A stretch of 64,000 nucleotides of DNA from the NCBI RefSeq assembly GCF_018977255.1, contig NW_024704752.1, positions 6,076,001 through 6,140,000 on the forward strand, given 5' to 3'. How positions within the stretch are numbered: the stretch's first letter is position 1; each line of letters starts with the position of its first letter. Position numbers and translations under genes: made by a program. The notes below the pieces were generated by a model. It did not search any database and had not been told where the DNA came from. It saw only the letters and a list, made by a program, of their open reading frames with translations. Origin of the DNA: Callorhinchus milii. Taxonomy: Eukaryota. This document shows, piece by piece, positions 49,225-60,489 of this stretch.

Positions 49225-51115
49225 GGTCTACTGTGCACCATCACAGTGAAATATTTATTCAATTACATGGCATAATAATTCAGGTCCTACCTTTCACACT
49301 GGCTCTACTTTGTCGCAGCAAACGCCTTCTCCTCCAGCCCCCCGCACCGTCTCGTGCGTTGTTCCTCAGGACTCTGTCCTCGGTCCCCTCCTCTTCACCC
49401 TCTACATACTCACCCTTGGTGAGATCATCTGCAGACATGGGGTAAATTTTCACATGTATACGGATGACACCCAACTCTATCGCTCTGCCTCCACCGTCAA
49501 CTCCAGGACGACTAGTGTACTGACTGAATGCCTGTCCAACATCAAGTCCTGGATGAGGGACAACTTTCTCCAACTCAACGTCAGCAAGACCAAGGCCCTC
49601 CTGATTGGCTCGCGCCAGGGCCTCCACACTTCGGGCGCTGGCAGCATCAGCCTCCACGGTACACTTAACCTCACTAAGCCAGTCAGGAAACTGAGTGTCT
49701 TGTTCGACCCTGAACTGTCCTTTCTCCCCCACATCCGCACCATGACCAGCACTGACTACCACCACCTCCGCAACATTGCCAGACTCCGCCACTGCCTCAC
49801 CCCTCAGGCTGCCGAAACCCTAACCCACGCATTTGTCACAACAAGGCTCGATTACGGAAACTCCCTCTTCATCATCCTTCCCAACTCTTCCATTCACAAG
49901 CTGCAGAACATCCAAAACTCTGCAGCTCGTGTACTCTACGCACCAGGCTCCATGACCCCATCACTCCCACCCTCGCCCAACTCTACTGGCTCCCCATACC
50001 CCGAGGATCGAGTTTAAGATCCTCATCCTCACTTTCAAGACCATCCATGGCCTTACCCCCTCCTAACTCTCTGACCTGCTGACTCCCTACTAACCTGCTC
50101 GCTCCCTCCGTTTCGCAGGGTCCGGTCTGCTCCATGTCTCCCGCCCGACCCGCCCTACCATCGGCGGCCGGGCTTTCAGCCTCTCTGCCCCCACACTCTG
50201 GATCTCCATCCCACGGTCCCTTCGCCTCGCTTCGTCCCTTGCCTCCTTCAAGGCCAGTCTCAAGACCCTTCTCTTCAATCGTGCCTTTGATCTCCCTCCC
50301 ACTTCTCTGCCTTCCCTCACCCCTACACCACCCCTCCCTCGTACTCGGGCCCCAACACCTGACTGTTCAGCGCTTTGGGACATCCTCCCGACGTGACAGG
50401 CGCTCTATCAATGTAATTTTGATGTTGTTGTAATTATCATGTCTACTAGAGGTAGTGATTCCCTATTAATGCAATATCATGCACTATATGCAAACCAGGT
50501 GTAAAGGCTTGGGTTCTGAAAGAATTACAGTTGTCTTCAATTATATAACCAGTTAATGGAAAGGATCAATCGTTCATTACTGAATTAATAAATCCTTTTC
50601 ATTGTTTGTTACTTTTTTTGGTCAGCCAGGTGTCTGACATATACGGAAATTAGAGCATCTATAATTCCCTCTGGCCATATGCACTTGCACGTGGTTTGCA
50701 GATGGCACAAAATGCCATATCATATGGTGCCATAACAACATGAGAAACCTTGTGTGTGGGGTATGGGGGGAGGGAGGGGAAGGACTATTTACTCCATTGA
50801 GCCAGCTCATACTACAGACTTCACTAATCAATCCTGTAGACTCCAACAAAATCATTGAATGAAAAATAATGCAGAATTTTCTTGCTAAAAAAAATCAAGG
50901 ATTTGAGTGCACCTTTCCAGCAGACTAAGGGTTAAATGGTTCCTGTCACTGCTGCCCATTAAAGTGACTTTAACATACATGGAATTAACAGTTACTCCAT
51001 TGCTGTAAACCAATTGAGAAATATAATGGATTAACGAGGAATCGCTACCTCTAGCAGACATTATAATTATTATGCCATGTAATTGAATAAATATTTCAGT
51101 GTGGCAGAAGAGACC
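49225..51115. repeat. Inverted duplication 4 (arm 1 = 49225-49280 + 50431-50478, split by the L2; arm 2 = 51022-51115)
   Basis: 34-bp perfect inverted match 49247-49280 vs 51065-51098, which continues on the other side of the L2. Confidence 0.95.
49281..50430 (+). mobile_element. L2 LINE, 5'-truncated, longest RT remnant in the window, TSD TAATT
   Basis: [15 protein letters not shown] and [11 protein letters not shown] (mutated PQG and YADD RT motifs), a frameshift near 49940, and the tail stem-loop. TAATT at 49276-49280 and 50431-50435. Confidence 0.97.
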
Positions 51116-51435
51116 AAGACAATAATACCATGAATAATACCATCTTGTAAAAGTAATGGACCTCATTACTGAATTTGGAGTTATAGACGGAAGGCCAAAA
51201 TAATAGACAGCCATGGAAACATTTCTGGAATGCAAATATTATCATTGCCAAACCCAACATGACACAATCTATAACAGCCCCTCAAGTATTAGGTAATCGA
51301 CTGCAGGTTATCAAAGTCATTACTCTTGGTTGCGTACACATCACTGCACGTCGAGAACACAATACTTACCATGCTCCAGTAGCCACCACTGACAATAGAG
51401 CAAGCAAAACACAAACCTAACATTTGAGCACTATG

Positions 51436-51770
51436 AGATTGGGTGGTACAGTGGTTTACTGATTGGCTCTTTATCCTTGTGACTAAGCTTTGCCCAGATT
51501 GATGGGGTGACAGTCTTTCCTACTTGCTGGGTAAAGTCTGAGTTGACCAGATTTCAACCCAATTACTCAGGGAAGTGAACCCATAGTGCAAATCTCTTCA
51601 CAATACGTTGTTTAAATCAGCAGCATCACTCCTGAGAGGCCATCAGGATGGCCAATATGGACAGTGCAAAATTCACACAGGTGCAGAAGGCACTCCACGA
51701 AGGTGTTCTGTTGGGCGTAGAGTAGACGGAGCATTTACTTTGCACTACTGAATGCTCAACACTCACTGAG
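51436..51770 (+). mobile_element. LF-SINE-like ancient SINE
   Basis: GGGTGGTACAGTGGTTTA head; GCCCAGA..TGAGTTG..CAACCCAATTAC..GAGAGGCC is colinear with the LF-SINE consensus as I recall it. Confidence 0.6.
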
Positions 51771-52712
51771 ACACAAAGTGATCAATTTGCTTGAGTTGCA
51801 AGCTGATGTATATCTAGCGAATCCCCACAGGATCTCTGTTCAGATGCTGATCACATGACGGTCCCGCAGCCCAGCAGAGGATCAGTTTTGTGGCCAGAGT
51901 TACACAGGATCAGTCTCGGGCACAGGCCTGTCACAATTATCCACACAAGCAAATTAGACCCATTGAAGTGTCCTATTGAACCTGTCCCAGTTAATGTCCA
52001 CACAGGGATTCTGGAAAGAATTAGAAACTGGAACCGTTGCTGTCTTTCCCCTCCATTGCACAGGGACACTGAGGCTAATGTTAGTGTCCTTACCGACACT
52101 GATAATTATTAGTTAATTATTACTATTAATGGTTATTTTTAACATATAACATTTTGTACAAATGATGGTTGTTGGTAACCTCAATGGCAATATGGCCAAG
52201 ATGTTATTGTGCCTGGCAGAGCACAGCAGCTGAATTAACTTTAGTAAATGAAGGTCATTAACTGAAGGTACTTTAAGGTTCTTATTCTTTTCAACTGTCT
52301 GCATGTTAATTCAGCTTCTGTCGCACTATTGGGATCAGTACATTTTCTGAGCTGGTACTGCCATCAGTTCTCATTGTTTGAACAAAAATATTCCAATCAA
52401 CACCAGCGATAATAAAAAAACAGCTAGGCTCAAAGGGGTAGTTTAGCCATATTAGAGATTTACAAGCAGTCTTGGTTATTGAGCAACTGAGAAGTTGCTT
52501 CTAAACATTCCCCCTCATCTTTCCCACCCCCCACCTCAGCTAAGTTGTAATATTTCTTCACATCTTTCTCAGGACAGAAAGAATAAATGTTCTTCAGCCT
52601 GATAGCTGTAAGGGTCTTGTCAAGCTCAAAAGTTCATCATAACATTAATAATACTTAGTTAATTTAGAACCTTATTATGTCATCAAAACAAAGTATTTGA
52701 CAGGATTTACCT

Positions 52713-52970
52713 AAAAAAACAAGCATAGTTCCTATAATTATTGGTGTACCTGCGACTGTTAAGACAATTCAGATATGGTTTAACAAGATACCTGGGGCAC
52801 AAAATATCCACCTCCTGCAGAAAGTAGTTACTTTGGGAAGTTCAAACATAGTAACATCCATTCATGTGCAACGTGGTAGTGATATTGGTCTGGCTGACCA
52901 ACACTGAACACCACTTAGAAACTACCTCCACGGAGTGATCTAAACTGCAATAATAATAATAAATAATAAT
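52713..52970 (+). mobile_element. R4/Dong-clade (restriction-like endonuclease) non-LTR element 3' end
   Basis: Open frame KKTSIVPIIIGVPATVKTIQIWFNKIPGAQNIHLLQKVVTLGSSNIV resembles the VVP.VIGALG..LQK..LLG C-terminus. Ends in (TAA)n at 52949-52970. Confidence 0.75.
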
Positions 52971-53019
52971 ATGATATACATGAGTCCAAAATCTATGTTC
53001 AAAATCCCCTTTTAATGGC

Positions 53020-53260
53020 AATAACAACTTGCATTATTTAGTGCCCTTTACGTAGGGCAGCACCTTGGAGTGCTGAGTACTTTAACACCAGACTGGGCAA
53101 AAAGGGGAGGTGACCATAGACTCGGTTGAAGAGAAAAGTCACCAGATGCGATCTAAACAAGGGCAAAGAAGGGACACGGAGGAGGGACTGAGGCATGGAG
53201 TTCCAGAGGTTGTGGCTGAAGGCATTGCTACGGATGATGGAACTGAAGTGTCGTGTGAAT
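53020..53260 (-). mobile_element. L2 3' fragment
   Basis: CAATAACAACTTGCATT tail and GGAGTTCCAGAGG. Confidence 0.75.
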
Positions 53261-54199
53261 GGAATAGGTACAGGAGTGGCAACACCTCCTTAAAGAGTGG
53301 AAGAGGCGACAGTTCTCCATTAGAAACTGCTTACAAACATTGTGTCACTGCCAGCAGCCTCTGCTTCCCACAGCTATTAAAATATTAACCTGTGACAAAG
53401 CTTGTCAGCAGAAATTGCAGGAATATCAAGCAAAGTACGATGGGAAGTAAGGAAAATAATACTATCACAGAGAAGCCAACTGTGTAAACTTCGGCAGAGC
53501 TGTGCAAGGCTGATGTGTCCCTTGACACGGTTTAATGTCTCACAGTAATGGAATGTTGCATCTCTGGTGGAATTAATGACAGTGGATTGCTTAGAAAATT
53601 AAAACACTGTCAGAGGCTCATTTTGAAGGAAGTCGGGTTAATTTTAGCAAGATGGCTCTTTTAAAACTGTCACCGTCCCTTCACAATGCCATCTTGCCCT
53701 CGGAAAGCTTCTCTTGGCTGAAGTTTATCAGCGCAACGGTGGAGATCAAAATGAAGCGTTCTCCCTGAATTCTTTGCCATACTGTGTATTACGCTAATTC
53801 ACAGATGATGCACAGGGGACGTTCTCATTGAGGAGTCATTACGTGAGTGACAAGCAGACAATAAATACAAAGGGGAGCCGAGAGTATTCGTTCAAAATCA
53901 ACTAAATTATGGGCAACAAATAATTCTCACAACAGATTAACACAAAGGTCATGATTTGTTTGATGGTGCAACAAAGCAACGCATCTATGTCTAGAAATTA
54001 ATGCAACAGTACTGAAATGTTTCCCCATCAAAGGCAGCCTAGCTATATCCATTGGAACATGCTCACTTATGCAAAAAGCCTGGAAAATAAACAAGCAATA
54101 AATTTGTATTTAATAGACTGTTAGTTGGCCAATCTGCATTATAAACAAAATGGCACAGCTGTAGGTTTGCAAACTTGATATTTCCCTAAATTTTGATTA

Positions 54200-55650
54200 C
54201 CCGGTTGCGAATGACCACTTTTATCTGGGAGGATTGTTGTCCAGACCCCTGGGAGAAATTCCCCTCTCTTTTCAAATGGTGCCATGGGATCTTTAGCGTT
54301 CACCTGAACAAGCAGGTAGACTTTGGTTTAACATCTCATCCACAACACAGTCATTCCAGCAATACAGCCCTACCACCAGCCCTGCATAGGAGCATCAGCC
54401 TAGATGGTGAGTTCAAAGCCCCGACGCGGCCTTCAACGTAAACCTTCCGACTCGGAGGCCAGTTTCTTTAGAATAATTTCATCAAATGAATCTTAGTATA
54501 GGTTAACATCATCTCTTCCTGACAAGTATCTTTTTTCTCCAAGATGCTGCCCACCATCTTGAAACTCCCAATGCTCACACAAATAATGTATTATTTTATT
54601 ATAAAGTGGGAGTTGATAGGAATTCCCAGTGCCAGAAGTTTTGGTGCCAATGAGGGAGATCATAATCCTTTCATTTGTTTTACAGCCTTATCACATAGCC
54701 AAATTGTCTCACTGGTTTAACTGTAGTTATGATGGGTTTATTTGCAGACAAATGCAACAGACAATTTGTGCACAGCACTGTCCCATAAACAGCCTTGAAG
54801 TAAATGATGATTTTTAGCTGGGGATTTCGACCAGGACACCAGGAGAAATTCCCTTCTCTTTTTCAATAAATGCATGAGGCCTTTAAAGTCCACCTGAACA
54901 GGCATCTCAAGCACTCGTTCTGGAATTTTCTCTTCTTTCAAAAGAAGCTACACATATCTTATGGCATCTGATCACATCGAAACATGCTTAACAGTAATTA
55001 CTGTCAGGCCGTAACTGTTTTGGATAGCAAACACACGGGACGCACACAGCAAAGTCGCACAAACTGTCACAAGGTGAATGAACAATTAATCTCGAGGATT
55101 GTTGGTCAAGACACTGTGAAAATTCTCTTCTAATAGTGTAATGTTATCTTTAATATCCTCCTGAACTTGTAGATGACACATCAGTTTAACATCTCAGCCA
55201 AAGAACAAGACCTTAGAGAATGCAACACTTTCCCAGCATTGCACTGAGGTGTCAGTCCATTCTGTGAGCTTAAGTCTTAACATCCACAGGGCTCAAATCC
55301 ACAACGTTAATCATGCACTTTGCATTTGATGGAACATCTAATACCTTTAAATGCCTCAAAACACTTCTATCTGATAGAGTGAATGTCCAATTTATCTGTA
55401 GCATTGTTGGTCAGGACACTGAGAGAAACCCACTCTTTTTTGAATTTTGTCTTGGAATCTTCAAATACCACCTGAACAGGCGGACTGGACCTTGGGCCAA
55501 TATCTTATCCAAAGGGGGTCACTTCTAAGAACACACCACTCTCTCAGCACTGAAACTACACATAACAGTTTGGACTGTGAGCTCAAGTTTTAATGTGGGG
55601 CACAAATCTACAACCTTCTATCACAAAAGTGCGAGCAGCTGAGCTAAGTT
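54200..55650 (-). mobile_element. Cluster of four old family B/Deu SINEs (~54200-54460, 54660-54905, 54950-55310, 55370-55650)
   Basis: Each carries the reverse Deu block (..CAGGACAC..GAGAAA..CCATGGGATCTTTA..CACCTGAAC). Confidence 0.82.
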
Positions 55651-55664
55651 TAAACAAATATTTT

Positions 55665-56320
55665 CCTTTAAACCGAGGTCCTGTCTGCCTGTTTATATCC
55701 ATGGCACTGTTCGAAAAGAGAAGGGAGTTTCTCCTGGTCTCCTGGCCAACAATCCCCCAATAAAAAATATGTATTATTCATTTCATAACTGTCAGACATT
55801 GTCAGCTCCCCGATGTGGGATATGTGAAGTCCTGTAGCTCAGTGGTTATAACACTCACAAGCGAGAGACCTGGGTTCAATTCCCGGCAGAGCGATATGTT
55901 GGGCAAGTTTCCTTACACCACTCGCATGTTTGCCTAGTAGTAAGTAGGAACCTGGTTCTTAGTCAATTGGCGGATTGCTTTTCCAGGAGTAATAATTCCT
56001 CCAAAATAAATAAATTGGTCACTCCAATCCACGACTGTTTGTGGGACACTACTGTGAGCAATTGGCTGCCAAGTTTTGCCCACAAAATATACAGTCAATT
56101 TACTTTACAGTATGTTCCGTGAAGCGCTTTGAGACATCTCAAAGATATGACAAGGCACTATATCAAATGCAAGGATTATTATTATTATTGCTCTGCGCAA
56201 TTTGGCTGATGCGTTCGCCTACAAATAGTCACTCCATTTTACAGCAAATCCTGAGAAGCGTTTTGAGATATCCTTCCAAAGGCGCTATATCAAATTCAAG
56301 GATTATAATTACATTATTAT
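55665..56320 (+). mobile_element. Family B SINE with a full-length long-subfamily A SINE (55824-56189) nested in it
   Basis: The host is split at GACATT|GCT.TGCGCAA. The insert has head, CORE-like segment and tail. Confidence 0.9.
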
Positions 56321-57229
56321 AAAACTCATCTTTCCCTTCTATTGGTGTAAGGTGCAATGGATGACAGGTACCCTCACCAAAGTGGACACTTGTGAATGGA
56401 GAATTCAGAGAGATAAAAGGATTATGTCCTTGAGGAGGATTAAATCAGTTGATTTGGACAGGTTGATATAAAGAGGCACACTGTGACATGGGGCTATCAT
56501 TCATTAAAAACAAAACTGTGGTCTAATCAAGTCACCACCGTGGCAAAAAAATTCCTCCAGTCAGTAAAGTTGCCAATCTTGGCAGTGCAATTATACTGGG
56601 GAAATCCCGTCATAATCACCCTACAAATCTCTTGTGGATGTCTACAGATGCAGGTCGCAAACTTAGACTGAGACACTCCTTCCTTTCGAAAAGAAGGAAA
56701 TGTGCTCAATGTTAAATATTCGTTCAACATCACATTTCTTTCGTCTTCCACCAGAGTTGCTCGCCGCTATCCCATCAGGGACCCGTCCTGTGGGTTCCCC
56801 AAGCCAGGAGAGTGCTGCTTCTCAAGGGCCTGTCAGTCAGCAGCGCAGAGTGTAGCGATGAAGGGTTGGCATCCTTCCCACTCCTGGATGCCAATCCCAG
56901 AGTCCCAAAGCAATTTAAAAATTCAGTACCCGGCTGGCATGAAATTTTTTCAATTGCTTTGTTGCTCCGGGATTATTTATAATGCATGCCAGGTAGCAAA
57001 TTGAGTTTCCTTGCTCTCACAGTCTGCGCATCGAAACAGTGAAGAGGAACAACTTTCTTGCAGTGCAACAGCTTTCGGGTAACTGAACCATCCCATTGTT
57101 TGCAGCACTTTATTCATAAGAGGACAGTGTGCTGTTGAGAATGTTCAGGAGGACAGTTTGCGTGAGAGAGCTGCAGTTTGTATTTTTGTCACAAAGTGCT
57201 CATTATAGGCGTAGTGGACAAGACAGCAG

Positions 57230-57440
57230 GAGGCATTTAGATGTGACCAAAAACCCGGTCAAAGGGAAATGTTGCGAGGAGATTTTTGAAAGCAGGGAGA
57301 AAAGTAGTGGGCTTGAGAGTGAGTTATTGAGGATAGGAGGCTGGTGGTTTGCCTTGGTTTGGCTTCTGACCATAAGATGCAGAGGGAAGTGAGCAGCAAA
57401 CGAGAGTCAGAATAGCAGCTAGCGTGGGGCTGCAAGACAC
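57230..57440 (-). mobile_element. Very old L2 3' fragment
   Basis: Weak similarity to the other minus-strand L2 ends. Confidence 0.45.
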
Positions 57441-57477
57441 GTCTGTCAAAAAGCCAAGTCCTCAATATTTCAAACCT

Positions 57478-57805
57478 ATGTCAGGTCTTTCAGCTCACAG
57501 TCTTGGTGATACTTCAGTGCAGTGCTGAGGGGAGCGTTGCATTGGGTAGGAGTTGCAGTCCTTCAGATGAGAAGTTAAAATCCCGTCTGCCTGTTCAGAT
57601 AGATATTAAAGATATCCTGGCCTACAATCCCCTAATAAAATTGGTTATTTGCTTCTTGGCTGTTTATGAGACATTGCTGTAGGCAAATTGATTGCCAAAT
57701 TTGCCTACAGAACACATGGTCACTACACTTTTCTGTGAGTCCTGTGAAGTGCTTTGAGATGTACTCCTGACATGAAACAGCTACGTCAAATCCAAGAATT
57801 ATTAT
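57478..57805 (+). mobile_element. SINE family B, old
   Basis: CAGTGCAGTGCTGAGGGAGCG..GATGAGAAGTTAAA..tail. Confidence 0.85.
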
Positions 57806-57944
57806 TTATCAGATTAAATTAATCTGTATCAATAGCAAAAGGAAACTTCATTGACTATTTTATCCTTCAGCTAAATATTAAAAAAGACAAATTGAGTTTG
57901 ATGACATCCCTGTTTGTAAATCGTTTGCTTGCTCTGATTACGGA

Positions 57945-58560
57945 GTTACAGAAAGTTACTGGAATGAATTAGCACAAGAAACCGGCTATTTGGCCCAACT
58001 TGTTCCTGTTGGTGTTTATACTCCACACAAGCCCTCACCACTTCCATTCCCCTCTCGTATATCTCTCAATTCCCTTCTCCCTCACGTATGAATCAAGTTC
58101 ATACATTGATGCTCTTAATTTTAACCACAGCTTCTGGCAGTGACTTCCGTGTCCTCACCCCCTCTGCATCAAGAAGCTTCTCCTAAACTCCTTGCTAGAT
58201 CTATCAAATGGCTTTCTTATACTTATGCCTTCTAGTTTTGGACTCACCTGCAAGGGGAAAACAACCCACCAACATTATCAAATCCTTTCATAATCTGAAA
58301 CATCAGCCCCTTTCAACTCAAAAAGAAAGCTGAGTATGGAGCAAAACTGGGTAAATAGAGTTGAGGTACAGATCAGCCCTGATCGAATAGAATGGCAAAA
58401 CAGACTCAATAAGCTGAATGGCCTACTCCTGTTCCTACTTTCCTATGTACATTTTCTTTCATATAATATGGTGATGATAAGTTTACACAGTGCTCCAAAT
58501 GTAGTTTAACCAAGAGTTTAGATGAACTTAATATTACTTCCCTATTCTTGCAATATTTTC
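57945..58560 (-). mobile_element. CR1 3' fragment with an opposite-strand CR1 3'UTR (58330-58450) inside
   Basis: GGCTATTTGGCCCAAC..TGGCAGTGACTTCC..ATCCTTTCATAATCTGAAA, and inner GAGTTGAGGTACAGATCAGCC. Confidence 0.82.
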
Positions 58561-59814
58561 CTCTGAACATCAAGCAAAGGAAGCCAACAAAGTCACCGAG
58601 TCTCTAAGTAAATAATTAAAAGAGCACTCTGGGACATTTTGATAAGGCCCGAGATCAAGTTAACAAAAACACGTAATCAATATTTTGCTTTTTCGTCTTT
58701 ATGTCAATTTCTGACTTTAAAAAAAACATTTTTTGTTTAAAATTAATTGGGTGTAGGCTGATAAGATGATTGCAAGAAGTGACTCAGAGGAGTTACTTGA
58801 CTCAGTCAGTACTACAAGGCACATTAGTCGATGTGTAACCATTAAATCGAGTGCTACGTGGTTTCATTTTCACTACATGTATTAATTCACGCTGGCACAT
58901 TATCTCATCCCAGCCAGTTCCCATGACTTTATTACTACCACTAATAGTTTGTTAAAATTATACAAGAAAATCATATTGGAGGGGACCATAATTCAGTTTG
59001 TTTTTTATGGTGAACTTCTGAGTTTGGTGGGATCACAACAAGATCCTTTGTCCTTTTATTTTCAATATTATCTCAGCTGCAAATGGGAAATTCTCGCTTG
59101 AGAAGGGTTTCCCAAGACCAGGAAACTGAAGCATTTTGCTTCACGTGGATATCGCATGCGTGTAATTGGGCATAGGAGCCCTCATGGGCACTTTGAGAAT
59201 CATGGTAGTTTGCTTGAACCCTTTATTCAGAAAACTGTCAAGAAAACTTGCGGACATTTAAAAGAAGCTTTTATCTTCTATTAGTAATCGTCGACTTACA
59301 ATAAACCTCCCAGTACTACATGCGTGTGTAAAAAAAAATACAATATCCCTTGTGCATGGTTATGTGACAGCAGAAGAGAGGGCAGAGCTAGTCATTGAAG
59401 CAGCAGATTAATCAATTTGAGGCAGCATTTGGCAACCCAATGGACTGGCTGCCTGTAACACCCTCATTATTAGTATGTTTATAATTTTATCTTCTTAGCT
59501 GGTATTAAATCTGACAAGTCATGCCGGGATTAAAAATCAGTATGCTGCAGCAACAGTGTTAGAATTAGGATCAATGACTGGCTTGACTCTTCGTGACAAG
59601 GAATGGCTGGCGAAAGACTTGTTTTCAGTCAGAAGGAAATCTTCCGGCCGACTGCACACCACCAACATGAACTGACAGCTCTCATCATGACAAGTAAGTA
59701 ATTGGCTAAGGCACAGGACTGTGGAACAAAAAAAATAACCTTAAGATAACTAAAAATCACACAGAGAAATATGTCCTATATTATGTAACATAATATACAA
59801 ATATATACAGAAAT

Positions 59815-59956
59815 GTATAAATTGGTCATCTGCTTCATAGCTGTTTGTGGGACATTACTGTGCACAAATTGGCTGCCGTATTTGCCCACAAACGCTTTGA
59901 GATGTTATGATGACTTGGTAACGCGCTGTGTCAAATGCAAGGATTATTATTATTAT
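59815..59956 (+). mobile_element. SINE 3' fragment
   Basis: GCTGTTTGTGGGACATTACTGTGCAC..GCAAGGATTATTATT. Confidence 0.85.
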
Positions 59957-60489
59957 ATAACTACTAATATTCTCAGTGCCAGCTGGAGCTCTTTGCTGTA
60001 AACAGGGTTCAGCAGCTTTAAGAGTTAGCAAGACATTGCTATGATTTGATGCATTAAACAACTGAAGTTCTCCCTGGTTTGAACATACTTTATAATGTGG
60101 TTTTAAGGTAATAATATGGTTGCTGCCTTTACATATAGGTTTTTCTGTAACATCCACTTAAAAGTACCCACAAGTGTCAATGCTTTGACACTAAACACCA
60201 AGAATCAGACAACTAGTCCAGACGAACACAAATGGAACTCAACCTTCATTTGGAAAAAAGTCCAAGATTAATGTGTTATTGTTATTCTGCTCCATTGCAA
60301 CATTTTTTGGCAATGCAGTAATGTGATTCAACTGTGTGTGATATCTGCATGGGGGCGGGGGGAGGGGGGAGGAGATGAGAGAGGGGAAAAGAAAAGAGGG
60401 GAAGAGGAGAGAAGGTGGTAGCAGTTTGAAGTGCCTTATAAATTTCAAGCTGTGACAAATTTTGAATCTTAAATATGAAAAATGTCCAA

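Noticed and set aside
49310-50017. 235-aa ORF as a functional reverse transcriptase gene
   Set aside because: It is a 5'-truncated L2 with mutated PQG and YADD motifs and a frameshift. The same applies to the ORFs at 37959 and 40901-41419.
26682-50639. Shared 16-mer AGCCAGGTGTCTGACA after a T-run at 26691 and 50624
   Set aside because: About one exact 16-mer match is expected by chance in a 64-kb two-strand self-comparison, and the extension is weak.
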